From positions 30,158-94,157 of the forward strand of contig DFEZ01000002.1 in assembly GCA_002369415.1 (NCBI GenBank): a stretch of 64,000 nucleotides of DNA. The letters are read 5' to 3'. A program made the translations under genes and the position numbers. Positions 17,883 through 27,482 of this stretch are shown here, in pieces (position 1 is the first letter of the stretch; each line of letters starts with the position of its first letter). Below the pieces are notes generated by a model. The model saw only the letters and a program-made list of their open reading frames with translations. It did no database searches and was not told the origin of the DNA. This DNA comes from Bacillales bacterium UBA3789. Lineage in GTDB: Bacteria > Bacillota_I > Bacilli_A > RF39 > UBA660.

Positions 17883-19862
17883 TTATTTTAATAATTCTTC
17901 TATTTTATCAGCTAAAGATTCACTATCAAAACCAAATTCTTTATAAACATCTTTATACGGTCCACTCTTTCCGAATTTATCTAGAGTTATTAAATATTTT
18001 TCATTATAAATTATTTGATTCCAAGATAGGCTTGATGATGCTTCAACAACTATTTTTCTTACTTCTACTGGAAGTATTTCTTCAAAGTATTCATCTGTTT
18101 GATCCATAAATCTTCCTAAGTTTGGAATTGATACTACTCTTAATTCAATTCCCTTAGTTTTTAGCATTTTAGCTGCTTCTATTACTTGATGTAATTCTTC
18201 TCCTGAAGAAATGATAATTCCATCTGGTTTCTTTTCTGGATCAATTACTACATAACCACCCTTTTCTACTTCATTTGCATTAGTACATTCAAGGATTGGT
18301 AATTTGTTTCTTGATAAAGTAATTACTGCAGGTCCTTTTTCTTTAGCAAATATTGCTTTATATGAACCAATTACTTCATTAGCATCTGCTGGACGGAAAA
18401 CATCAAAGTTTGGTAAACTTCTTAAACCTAATAATTGCTCTATTGGTTGATGAGTTGGTCCATCTTCTCCTACACTTATTGAATCATGTGAGAATATATA
18501 AATATTTTGTAATTTCATTAATGCAGCCATTCTCATTGCTGGTCTTAGATAATCACTAAAACTTAAGAATGTTGATGCATATGGTCTAAATCCATGTAGA
18601 CTTAATCCATTTGTAATTGCTCCCATAGCATGTTCTCTTACACCATAGAAAATATTCTTTCCTTCTGGATTTTCTTTACTGAAATCTCCTGCATCTTCTA
18701 TATAAGTCTTATTTGGTCCAAATGTATCAGCAGCTCCACCAATCATGTATGGTGAATTCTTAACTATACCATTTAAGACCTTCTTAGATGTATCTCTTGG
18801 AGACTCCATATTATCTTCAGGAGCATCATATATATAATTCTTAAAATCTATCTTTTTATTATCACCCATGAAGAATTCTAACTCTTCTTTTAATTCATCT
18901 GATAATTTTTCTACATTTTTATTAAATTGCTCTGTTAGATTTTGGCATCTACTATTAACAATAAATCTAAATTCATCTAATGTGTTTTGAGATACTTGGA
19001 ATGGTATATCTCTAACATCCATCTTTTCTTTAATAGCTGTAATATCTTCTTTTTCTAAAGGAGATCCATGTACTTTAGATGTTCCTTCATATTTAGAATA
19101 TTTACCAATTGTAGATTTTATTTCTATAATAGTTGGCTTATCTGTACAAGTTTTTGCTTCTACTATAGCTTTAGAAATAAGTTCAAAACTATTACCATCT
19201 TCAACAGTAATAACATTCCATCCTTGAGATATAAATCTCATTGAAATATTATCATTAAATGATTTATTAGTTTCCCCATCTAAGCATATTTTATTAGAAT
19301 CATATAATACTATTAATTTATTTAATTTTAATGTTCCTGCTAAAGACGCAGCTTCATAGGAAATACCTTCCATTAAATCCCCATCTCCACATAGTACATA
19401 TGTGTAGTGATTTACTATATCTGAACCGAATCTTTTATTTAAGTTTGCTTCTGCAATTGCCATACCTACAGCAGTTGCAAAACCTTGACCTAATGGTCCA
19501 GTTGTGCAATCAACTCCTGGAGTTACTCTATATTCTGGATGTCCTGGAGTTATTGAATTAATTTGTCTAAATGCCTTTAGGTCATCAAGAGTAATAGGAT
19601 ATCCAGCCATGTATAATGTTGAATATAGAAGTGCAGATCCATGACCAGCACTCATTACAAATCTATCTCTATTAAAATAGTCTGGATTTTTAGGATCAAA
19701 CATTAAGTGATGAGCAAATAATGCATAGATTGCTGGAGCTGCGCCTAAAACAATTCCAGGATGTCCACTATGAGCCTCATCAATCATGTCAATTCCTAAA
19801 CATCTAATTTGATCCACTATTCTATCTTGATTTATTTCCTTTATATCATATTCTTGATTCAT
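17883..19862 (-). CDS. tkt: Transketolase.
   Basis: ThDP motif region EAHSGHPGIVLGAAP and LCGDGDLMEGISYEAASLAG. 659 aa. Confidence 0.9.
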   Translation of the reverse strand: MNQEYDIKEINQDRIVDQIRCLGIDMIDEAHSGHPGIVLGAAPAIYALFAHHLMFDPKNPDYFNRDRFVMSAGHGSALLYSTLYMAGYPITLDDLKAFRQINSITPGHPEYRVTPGVDCTTGPLGQGFATAVGMAIAEANLNKRFGSDIVNHYTYVLCGDGDLMEGISYEAASLAGTLKLNKLIVLYDSNKICLDGETNKSFNDNISMRFISQGWNVITVEDGNSFELISKAIVEAKTCTDKPTIIEIKSTIGKYSKYEGTSKVHGSPLEKEDITAIKEKMDVRDIPFQVSQNTLDEFRFIVNSRCQNLTEQFNKNVEKLSDELKEELEFFMGDNKKIDFKNYIYDAPEDNMESPRDTSKKVLNGIVKNSPYMIGGAADTFGPNKTYIEDAGDFSKENPEGKNIFYGVREHAMGAITNGLSLHGFRPYASTFLSFSDYLRPAMRMAALMKLQNIYIFSHDSISVGEDGPTHQPIEQLLGLRSLPNFDVFRPADANEVIGSYKAIFAKEKGPAVITLSRNKLPILECTNANEVEKGGYVVIDPEKKPDGIIISSGEELHQVIEAAKMLKTKGIELRVVSIPNLGRFMDQTDEYFEEILPVEVRKIVVEASSSLSWNQIIYNEKYLITLDKFGKSGPYKDVYKEFGFDSESLADKIEELLK

Positions 19863-19900
19863 AATATAGATTCCTCCTATTTGCCTATTATTATATCATC

Positions 19901-22534
19901 TTATTTTTCATTGTGATATTTGATTTTTTTATAGCACTCCATTACAACAAGTATAATTAATCCGAATGCAAATAATCCTAACAAATGCATCGCTGGTACT
20001 GAATGTGTTTTTAATATTCTTGATAATGGTTCAAATTCTAATACAAGTAATCCTAGAATTATTGAACCTAATACTCCCCATAGGAAAATATAATTACTAT
20101 TTAACTTAATACTAAATACACTCTTCTTTTCACTACGACAATTGAATGCATGAATATTTTGAATGATAATCATTAATGCCATCGTATAGCCTCTAGCAAT
20201 ACTTGGATCCATGCCAATGATTTTAATTAGGTAGAACCATAATCCAAATACTAGTAATCCTATAATAAAGCCTGATACTATTATTTCTTCAAATAAAACT
20301 TTATCAAATAAACTTTCATTTGGATCTCTTGGTTTTTCTTTCATAATATCTTTATCACTCTTTTCAAATGATAAAGCAATATCTTGTATACCATCAGTAA
20401 CAACATTTAACCAAAGTAGTTGGATTGCTACTAAAGGAACAGGCATATCAAAGGCAATCGCTAAACAGAAGAAGAACACTTCTGCCAGTCCGCAGGAAAT
20501 TAAGAAATATGTGATCTTACGAATGTTGGAATATGCAGTTCTTCCTTCTAATACTCCATTTACTATTGATTTAAAGTTATCATCTATTACTATCATTTTA
20601 GCTGTTTCTCTTGCTATATCAGTTCCACTACCCATAGCAACACCTATATTTGCTGCTCTTAAGGCAGGAGCATCATTAACTCCATCTCCTGTAACTGCAA
20701 CAAATTCACCTTGTCTTTTTAATGATTCAACTATTTTTAGTTTTTCTAATGGTGTTACTCTTGTGAATACTATTTTAGATGCAACAAACTTATCAAACTC
20801 TTCTTCTGATAGTTTTAAATATTCTTCAACTTCAGCTCCTGTTGTAACATCTTCATAGTTCTTTGTTAATTTTAAGTCTTTAGCAATTTTAAATGCTGTT
20901 AGTGGATGATCTCCAGTAACCATTAATACTTTTATTCCAGCATCTCTACATTTATTAATTGCTCCTACAGCTTCTTTTCTTATTGGATCAATAAATCCAA
21001 CCATACCCATAAAAGTTAAGTCTTTTATATTTTCTTCTTTATAGCTATCTGCTTCTTTTATTTTTCCATAAGCAATTGTAATTACACGATATCCTTCTTC
21101 TGCAAGAGCTTCATTTTGTTCTTCTAACTTCTTGAAGTTCTTATCATGTAACAAATTAATATCTTTACAAAATGAAGTAACTACTTCTAGTGAACCTTTA
21201 ATAGTACAATAAACTTCTCCGTCTTTTTTATAGAATACTGCTGAATATTTATTTGCTGATTCATATGGAATAGTTTCTAATATTTCAACATCATTTGTTT
21301 TTACTTTTAATTTTTCTCCTAAAATTAAGAATGCTAAATCTATTGAATCTCCAATAGGATTATTATTTTCAATCTTAGCTTCATTATTTAATACACCTAA
21401 TTTGGCTATTTCTTTAGCATAACTTAGTTTTTCTCCAGTAACACTTCCTTCTGTTGAATAACCTGCTCCTGTTACTAAATATTCTTGATTATTTGGTAAT
21501 AGTATTTTCTTTGCAGTTTGTTCATTTACTGTAAGTGTTCCTGTCTTATCACTTGCTATTACTGTACAACTTCCTAAGGATTCAATTGAATATAATTTCT
21601 TTGCAACAACTTTATGTTTAGCCATCTTATTAGATGCAATTGTTAATGCCATTGTTAAAGCAAGTGGTAATCCTTCAGGCATTGCTGAAACAGCTAATGC
21701 TATTACTGATAAAAGTATCTCATTAAGAGGCATATTCTTACTTATTAACATAATTGCTATTATTACTGAGATAATTGCAATTATAATTGTTATTTGTTTT
21801 GAAAATTTATCTACTCTAATTGTTAAAGGAGACTTTTCCTCTACTGTATTATTAATTGTATTTGCAATCTTACCTATTTCAGTATTTAATCCCACACCTA
21901 TTACGTATACTTTTGCTCTTCCAGTTACAACACTAGTACCTGCAAATAACATATTTGTTTGAGAAGTAACTGCTAATTCTTTATCTGTTTTTATTAATTT
22001 ACCATTTTTTTCAACAGGTAGACTTTCTCCTGTTAAAATAGATTCATCTATATTAAAATTATGAGCTTCTACTATTCTACAATCTGCTGCTATTTTATCT
22101 CCTGATTCTAACATTATATAGTCACCTACAGTTATTTCAGTAGAATCAACTAATATTTCTTTTCCTTCTCTTATTACTTTTACTTTTTCTCTAACTAAAT
22201 TAGATAGTGCTTCGGCAGTAGAAGTTGCTTTTCTTTCTTCTACTAATCCAATTATTAAATCTATTAAGATTATTAATGCTATTGCTATTGCATCAACAAT
22301 TTCTCCAACGATTAAAGATGCTATTATTGCAACTAATAATAACATTATAATTGGATCTAATAGTTCATTAATAAATATCTTAAATACACTATCTCTTTTC
22401 TTTTTAGGAAGTTCATTTAATCCATCCTTATTAATTCTTCTTTTTGCTTCTGCATTACTTAATCCATTTTCATTAGTTTTAAGTCGTGTTTTTAATTCTT
22501 CAGTTGTCATTGAATAATAGTATTTATCTCTCAT
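19901..22534 (-). CDS. P-type ATPase, type II, probably Ca2+-transporting.
   Basis: Phosphorylation site SDKTGTLTVN. Hinge VTGDGVNDAPALRAANIGVAMG. TM4 PEGLP motif (SAMPEGLPLALT). About 10 TM segments. 877 aa. Confidence 0.85.
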   Translation of the reverse strand: MRDKYYYSMTTEELKTRLKTNENGLSNAEAKRRINKDGLNELPKKKRDSVFKIFINELLDPIIMLLLVAIIASLIVGEIVDAIAIALIILIDLIIGLVEERKATSTAEALSNLVREKVKVIREGKEILVDSTEITVGDYIMLESGDKIAADCRIVEAHNFNIDESILTGESLPVEKNGKLIKTDKELAVTSQTNMLFAGTSVVTGRAKVYVIGVGLNTEIGKIANTINNTVEEKSPLTIRVDKFSKQITIIIAIISVIIAIMLISKNMPLNEILLSVIALAVSAMPEGLPLALTMALTIASNKMAKHKVVAKKLYSIESLGSCTVIASDKTGTLTVNEQTAKKILLPNNQEYLVTGAGYSTEGSVTGEKLSYAKEIAKLGVLNNEAKIENNNPIGDSIDLAFLILGEKLKVKTNDVEILETIPYESANKYSAVFYKKDGEVYCTIKGSLEVVTSFCKDINLLHDKNFKKLEEQNEALAEEGYRVITIAYGKIKEADSYKEENIKDLTFMGMVGFIDPIRKEAVGAINKCRDAGIKVLMVTGDHPLTAFKIAKDLKLTKNYEDVTTGAEVEEYLKLSEEEFDKFVASKIVFTRVTPLEKLKIVESLKRQGEFVAVTGDGVNDAPALRAANIGVAMGSGTDIARETAKMIVIDDNFKSIVNGVLEGRTAYSNIRKITYFLISCGLAEVFFFCLAIAFDMPVPLVAIQLLWLNVVTDGIQDIALSFEKSDKDIMKEKPRDPNESLFDKVLFEEIIVSGFIIGLLVFGLWFYLIKIIGMDPSIARGYTMALMIIIQNIHAFNCRSEKKSVFSIKLNSNYIFLWGVLGSIILGLLVLEFEPLSRILKTHSVPAMHLLGLFAFGLIILVVMECYKKIKYHNEK

Positions 22535-22553
22535 TTGTATAATCCTTTCTGCA

Positions 22554-23327
22554 TTATTTCTTTAATATTTTATTTTTCAATATATTAATTAAATCTGGAA
22601 CTCTAGTGAAATATCCACTATCTACATTAAATAAGAAATATATTACTCCTGTAATTACATCAATAACATTAAACATTAATACTAGGCTTAATGCTGCTAC
22701 CATTGATACAATCTTTGTATTAGGTTTCTTTTTATTATACCCATATATACAATATCCTAATGAAATAAACTCTACTAGCATTAGTAATGTATCATATGAA
22801 AGTCCTGTTTTAAAATGTTTACCTGATATTAATATTGCTTTTGATATTACTGTCAATACTATTACTATAATAGTAATAATAGTTGCACCTTTTATAAACT
22901 TAGGATTTTCATAATCATTTTTAAAATCTAATACATTTTCTTGAACAAATTCTTTTTGTACTTTTGGAGGATTTGTTGGTGTTTCTTGTATGAATCCAGT
23001 TAATTCATCATTATTAAGCTTCATTATTGCTTCCCATTTTTCTCCTGGTCTTCCTGGAAGTACTCCACACCATACTTCTAAGTTATCTCCTAAAACAACT
23101 TTCATTGATGGAGCATATCTCTTAGCAGCCTTAACTACTTCTTCATCATATGAAAAATTATTCTTATAGAAAACAATCTTACCATTACTGATAAATCCTC
23201 TTATTAAATTAGGATAATCATCTGGATTACCTCCTAATGATATAAACCATTCTCTATGATCCATATTACTATTATTTAGATATTTAACTTCATTATTAAA
23301 TATCATGAACAAAATACTAGTGTTCAT
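22554..23327 (-). CDS. Hypothetical membrane protein. It has an N-terminal soluble domain and three C-terminal TM helices.
   Basis: ORF with TM segments ITIIVIVLTVISKAILI, LLMLVEFISLGYCIYGY and VSMVAALSLVLMFNVIDVITGVIYFLF. Start placed at ATG 23325-23327. Confidence 0.5.
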   Translation of the reverse strand: MNTSILFMIFNNEVKYLNNSNMDHREWFISLGGNPDDYPNLIRGFISNGKIVFYKNNFSYDEEVVKAAKRYAPSMKVVLGDNLEVWCGVLPGRPGEKWEAIMKLNNDELTGFIQETPTNPPKVQKEFVQENVLDFKNDYENPKFIKGATIITIIVIVLTVISKAILISGKHFKTGLSYDTLLMLVEFISLGYCIYGYNKKKPNTKIVSMVAALSLVLMFNVIDVITGVIYFLFNVDSGYFTRVPDLINILKNKILKK

Positions 23328-23337
23328 TAATATCACC

Positions 23338-23481
23338 TATATCCTTTAAATCCTCTTTTAAATTCTTTTTTAAGTCATTAACTATTTTCTTTTCTTTGTT
23401 TAGTTTTCTTCTTCTATCATTTCTAATAGTAGAAATTGATGCATATAAAAGAAATCCAATAAATAATCCTATCTTATCCAT
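23338..23481 (-). CDS. Unannotated 47-aa small membrane peptide (MDKIGLFIGFLLYASISTIRNDRRRKLNKEKKIVNDLKKNLKEDLKD).
   Basis: Hand translation. AAGGTAGGTG SD plus a TATAAT-like -10 upstream. Hydrophobic N-terminus with a basic tail. Below the ORF-track size cutoff. Confidence 0.3.
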
Positions 23482-23577
23482 TATATTACACCTACCTTAT
23501 TATATTATATCATAACAAATATATTATTTGTTTTTAATTTTTAAAATTTATGATATATTTATTTTGTTGGTGATAAT

Positions 23578-24030
23578 ATGAAGAAAATTATATTATTAGT
23601 TATACTTATTTCAGTATTTGTAGTTGGTTGTAGTGTTAGTAAACAAAAAATTACAACTACTCAATTTATTGAATTTGCTGCTGAAAATGAATATGAAATT
23701 CTTGATAAGACTAAAGCTCTTAAAGATCCTAAAATAAAAAAAGTTATTCTTGCTAAAAAGAATAATGAATGTCAAATAGAATTTTATAAATTAAAAAGTA
23801 TAACAGATGCTATTTATATGTTTAATGATAATAAAAATATATTTAAAACTAGTAAGAATGAAACTAGTACTTATACATATACTAATCTAAGTAATTATAG
23901 TCTTTATTCTTTAACTAATGAATCATATTATATGTATTTATGTAGAGTTGATGATACTTTATTATATGTAAAAGCACCATTAGAATATAAAGAAGAAATT
24001 GAAGAGTTCACTAAATTAATTGGATATTAA
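23578..24030 (+). CDS. Lipoprotein of unknown function.
   Basis: Signal MKKIILLVILISVFVVGC-SVS (lipobox VVGC). 150 aa. Confidence 0.6.
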   Translation: MKKIILLVILISVFVVGCSVSKQKITTTQFIEFAAENEYEILDKTKALKDPKIKKVILAKKNNECQIEFYKLKSITDAIYMFNDNKNIFKTSKNETSTYTYTNLSNYSLYSLTNESYYMYLCRVDDTLLYVKAPLEYKEEIEEFTKLIGY

Positions 24031-24060
24031 AAAAAGCCGAAAATTCGGCTTTATTTTTTT
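24031..24060 (+). terminator. Rho-independent terminator.
   Basis: AAGCCGAA-AA-TTCGGCTT followed by T-rich ATTTTTTT. Confidence 0.6.
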
Positions 24061-24061
24061 G

Positions 24062-24137
24062 TGGTGCCGATTAACGGATTTGAACCATTGACCTACTCGT
24101 TACGAGGGAGTTGCTCTACCAACTGAGCTAAATCGGC
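24062..24137 (-). tRNA. tRNA-Thr (anticodon CGT) with encoded CCA.
   Basis: rc reads GCCGATTTAGCTCAGTTGGTAGAGCAACTCCCTCGTAACGAGTAGGTCAATGGTTCAAATCCGTTAATCGGCACCA. Cloverleaf folds as a 7-bp acceptor stem, GTTC T-loop and anticodon loop CT-CGT-AA, with one C-C mismatch at 31:39. Confidence 0.85.
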
Positions 24138-24171
24138 TTAAATATATTTTATCAAAAAAAAGAATGCAATA

Positions 24172-24690
24172 CTATTTATTTTGCATTTCTTTTCTATATT
24201 GTTTTGCAGGTTGCTGACTCATATATTGAGTTAGAGAATCTTCATTTAAATCTCTGATAGCGTTTAATATTTGTCCTTCTACGTAATCGATTTCTTCAGT
24301 TGTTACATCTCTTATTAATTCACCATCTTGAATTCCGATAGAACATTTTCCACATTCAACCATGGCTTCATTTGTTTTTAAATATGACTTCCCAATGAAT
24401 TTAAAACCTGCTTTTTCTCCTTCAAGTCTTAAAGATGGTCTTCTATCACCTTGACTACGATAAACTGTTAATTCTACTAGTCCAAAACCTTTTTCAACTA
24501 GTAAATCTCCAGTTACTAATTCACATTTTGCTTTATGTCTTTGACCTATTACACCTTCAAAGTGACCCTCTTTATCTAGTAATACTCTTCCTACTAGTCT
24601 TGTTTCATTTTGAGCTATATCACTTCTTGTAAAGATATCATATAATCTTTTATCTTCCATATTAGCATCTCCTCTTCTGTATTTTTTCAT
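24172..24690 (-). CDS. Hypothetical 172-aa protein.
   Basis: ORF with no recognisable motif (…GHFEGVIGQRHKAKCELVTGDLLVEKGFGLVELTVYRS…). Adjacent to tRNA-Thr. Confidence 0.5.
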   Translation of the reverse strand: MKKYRRGDANMEDKRLYDIFTRSDIAQNETRLVGRVLLDKEGHFEGVIGQRHKAKCELVTGDLLVEKGFGLVELTVYRSQGDRRPSLRLEGEKAGFKFIGKSYLKTNEAMVECGKCSIGIQDGELIRDVTTEEIDYVEGQILNAIRDLNEDSLTQYMSQQPAKQYRKEMQNK

Positions 24691-24696
24691 AGTGTT

Positions 24697-25479
24697 TTAT
24701 GCTGCCTTTTGATATGCATATCCATTATCTTGATTTGATTGACTATCTCTTTGGCTTATCAATTCAATAAATTTTTCTGCTGAAATATATAGTCCATCTG
24801 ATTGTATTACATAGCAATCACGAGTATCACCATTTCCATCATAAGCAACTGTTTGTTCATTATTATTAAATGGATCAATACTTGTAAATTGATATTTACT
24901 TTCTCCTGGTTTTTCTGCATTAAAGAATTTTAATGCTTTTCCACTTGTTCTAAAAGCAAGTGCATAACTTTTATCTAAAACATATTTTCCATAACGTTTA
25001 ACATTTCTAAATTCCATTATAGATAGTGGTGTTTTTCCATTACTGAATTCAGTAATTTTATGCCATCCAACGAAATTTATATCGCTTTTATCTTCATACA
25101 TATTTAATAATCCAGATATAGATACTTCAAAGTCTGTATTAATCCAAGTTACGTATCCGCCTTTAGCAACCATAGCCATTCCATATTCGTTAAAATCACA
25201 AGCAAAATCGTATTTGAATGGTACTAATTGATTATCACTTTCTCTAACATAACTATACTTTCCATTATCTAATCTAACAACTTTGAAACCGTTTACAAAT
25301 TTATCACTTGATTCTTTAATTGTGTCATGTTCTGTTCCATAATAATCATTAGTCTTTTTTGCTTTTATTGTTACTGTTCCACTCATAAACTCATCATCAA
25401 ATTCAGCAACATATTCATTGTGAAGTGGATCATTACTCTCCTTCACTTCTAACGTTTTTAAATTTGGTAATTTTACCAT
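24697..25479 (-). CDS. Hypothetical 260-aa protein with WG/KWG-like beta-propeller repeats.
   Basis: Repeated aromatic-Gly patterns (FNEYGMAMVAKGGYVTWINTDFEV; FVGWHKITEFSNGKTPL; GKYVLDKSYALAF) resemble WG-containing repeats. Weak assignment. Confidence 0.5.
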   Translation of the reverse strand: MVKLPNLKTLEVKESNDPLHNEYVAEFDDEFMSGTVTIKAKKTNDYYGTEHDTIKESSDKFVNGFKVVRLDNGKYSYVRESDNQLVPFKYDFACDFNEYGMAMVAKGGYVTWINTDFEVSISGLLNMYEDKSDINFVGWHKITEFSNGKTPLSIMEFRNVKRYGKYVLDKSYALAFRTSGKALKFFNAEKPGESKYQFTSIDPFNNNEQTVAYDGNGDTRDCYVIQSDGLYISAEKFIELISQRDSQSNQDNGYAYQKAA

Positions 25480-25574
25480 TACAATACTCCCCCTTAAAAC
25501 GCATTGATATTATAACATATTTTTACCTTTTTGTAAATAATCAATATTGTGTTATTATAAATATAGGTGATTTG

Positions 25575-26276
25575 ATGAAGGTTAGAAATAACATTATTGC
25601 GCATAGAGGAATGTTTGATAATAAAACTATTCCAGAAAATTCATACCCCGCTTTTAAAAAAGCAATTGAAGAAAGATATGACTTTGAATTAGATGTTCAT
25701 TTAACAATGGATAATCAATTAGTTGTATTTCATGATTTCAATTTAAAAAGAATGTGTGGAGTTGATATTGATATACAAAAGACTACATATGAAGAACTTC
25801 TTAAATATAATCTATTAAATACTGATTTAAAAATCCCTTTATTAAGAGATATATTAAAACTAAATAATGATCACTCTTTAATAGATATTGAAATCAAAAA
25901 TACTAAAAGAATAAAGCAAACAGTTTACTTCTTAATGAAGGAACTTTCTAACTACAACAACTATATTATTAAATCATTTAATCCTAGAATAGTTCGTTAT
26001 ATAAGAAAGAATCACCCTAATGTAGAATGTGGATTACTGCTTACTCATGATTATAAAAATAGATTGTATAATTTAATATTAAGAAGAAAATTCATATTAA
26101 ATTACAGTAAGGCGAACTTTATTGCAATATCTAAACAATTATATAAAAGAGATCAGTATAAGGAGTTAAGTAATAAATATCCTACTTTTGTATGGACCAT
26201 TAAGAAGAAAGATGAATTTATTGATGATAAAGATATTGTTAATGTATGTAATAATTTACCAATAAAAAAGAAGTAG
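25575..26276 (+). CDS. Glycerophosphodiester phosphodiesterase family protein.
   Basis: MKVRNNIIAHRGMFDNKTIPENSYPAFKKAIEERYDFELDVHLTMDNQLVVFHDFNLKRMCG, i.e. GDPD HR(G)…E.D.H…HD motifs. The ORF-track start at 25425 is likely too far upstream; ATG 25575 has an AGGTGA SD. Confidence 0.75.
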   Translation: MKVRNNIIAHRGMFDNKTIPENSYPAFKKAIEERYDFELDVHLTMDNQLVVFHDFNLKRMCGVDIDIQKTTYEELLKYNLLNTDLKIPLLRDILKLNNDHSLIDIEIKNTKRIKQTVYFLMKELSNYNNYIIKSFNPRIVRYIRKNHPNVECGLLLTHDYKNRLYNLILRRKFILNYSKANFIAISKQLYKRDQYKELSNKYPTFVWTIKKKDEFIDDKDIVNVCNNLPIKKK

Positions 26277-26299
26277 TAATACTTCTTTTATTTTATTAA

Positions 26300-26375
26300 T
26301 GGTGTTCAGAAAGGGATTTGAACCCTTATCCTCTCCGTCGGAGGGAAAGATTTTATCCAGTTAAACTATCTGAAC
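26300..26375 (-). tRNA. tRNA-Arg (anticodon CCG) with encoded CCA.
   Basis: rc reads GTTCAGATAGTTTAACTGGATAAAATCTTTCCCTCCGACGGAGAGGATAAGGGTTCAAATCCCTTTCTGAACACCA. Acceptor stem 7 bp, T-loop TTCAAAT, anticodon loop CT-CCG-AC. The overlapping 70-aa plus-strand ORF (26318-26530) is spurious. Confidence 0.75.
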
Positions 26376-26385
26376 ATAAAGAGGA

Positions 26386-26919
26386 TTATACATCCTCTGC
26401 TTCTTCACATTTTACTCCGAATTTTTGTGATAGTGTTAACCATTTATCTAATTTAGCTTTTCCATTTTCTACGATGTTATCTTCTTCACCTTCGATATCT
26501 AATAATTTATCAATATCAATTTTTTCATAATTAATTGTAATTGTATAATCAACACTTGTTTCATTCTTTACTATTTCAGTATCATAATATTCTAATCCTT
26601 TATAGTGTTCACTAATTCCTTTAAATGATTCTTCATATGTATTTAAAGTTTCTTCACTAGTTGAAATTATTTGTTGATTAGATCTTAATAAATAAATTAC
26701 ATTGTTTTTATAGTAGATATCATAAGTCATATTTGCTTGAGAATTATTATCAATATGTCCAGAACCTTTACAAATCTTATGTTGTGTTTTTGATAAATCT
26801 ACTTGTTCTCCATTACTTTTGATATCTTTATTTAAACTATCTTTGTTAGTTTCATTACAACCTGTTACTAGTAAGCAAAATGCAATTAATAATATACTAC
26901 TTAGTATTATTCTCCTCAT
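26386..26919 (-). CDS. Lipoprotein of unknown function.
   Basis: MRRIILSSILLIAFCLLVTGC-NET lipobox. 177 aa. Confidence 0.6.
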   Translation of the reverse strand: MRRIILSSILLIAFCLLVTGCNETNKDSLNKDIKSNGEQVDLSKTQHKICKGSGHIDNNSQANMTYDIYYKNNVIYLLRSNQQIISTSEETLNTYEESFKGISEHYKGLEYYDTEIVKNETSVDYTITINYEKIDIDKLLDIEGEEDNIVENGKAKLDKWLTLSQKFGVKCEEAEDV

Positions 26920-27433
26920 CCGAATCCTCCTCTATTGTTCTTAAAATCTTTCTTTGATTTCTTAATATTTCTTCCATTTTATGATGTAATTCTTCTAGAA
27001 TAAGTTCACTCTTTAAATCTGTTCTATAGTCATTTTGGTTTCTTAAACTATCTTTAGCAGCTTGTCTATTTTGACTCATCATAATGATAGGTGCTTGTAA
27101 TGCTGCAATACAAGACAATAATAAATTTAATAATATAAATGGATAGGCATCTATTTGTGTATTACCTCTTAAGATAAATCCATTTAATACTACCCAAAAT
27201 ATTAGAAAACATGAAAATCCTAAAATAAATCCCCATGAGCCAGCAACTTCACTTACTTTATCAGCTACTCTATCTCCTAAAGTCATTTGAGCATCTTCTT
27301 GTTTATCAACATCAATACTTATTGGTTGATCTATTAATAAATCAAGTAATTCTTCTTCGTCTTTTTCATCAAGTTCATTATTCTTTAATAGCATTTTAAC
27401 TATTTCTTTTTTAGTTTTCTTTTTTGCTTCCAT
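26897..27433 (-). CDS. DUF1003 family membrane protein.
   Basis: YPFILLNLLLSCIAALQAPIIMMSQNRQAAKDSLRNQNDYRTDLKSE matches the conserved DUF1003 core. Two TM helices. Confidence 0.65.
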   Translation of the reverse strand: MEAKKKTKKEIVKMLLKNNELDEKDEEELLDLLIDQPISIDVDKQEDAQMTLGDRVADKVSEVAGSWGFILGFSCFLIFWVVLNGFILRGNTQIDAYPFILLNLLLSCIAALQAPIIMMSQNRQAAKDSLRNQNDYRTDLKSELILEELHHKMEEILRNQRKILRTIEEDSDEENNTK

Positions 27434-27482
27434 TTACTATCACCATAAAAAGTATAACATAAAATAAAAATAATGACTACAA

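Noticed and set aside
25425-25574. 150-nt N-terminal extension of the GDPD ORF in the ORF track (MDHYSPSLLTFLNLV…).
   Set aside because: It overlaps the convergent upstream gene's start region, lacks an SD and encodes a junk-like peptide. The internal ATG at 25575 has an AGGTGA SD and begins the conserved GDPD sequence.
26318-26530. 70-aa plus-strand ORF (MNPYPLRRRERFYPVKL…).
   Set aside because: It overlaps tRNA-Arg and the 5' end of the lipoprotein gene. Its translation starts inside the tRNA T-arm. Spurious.
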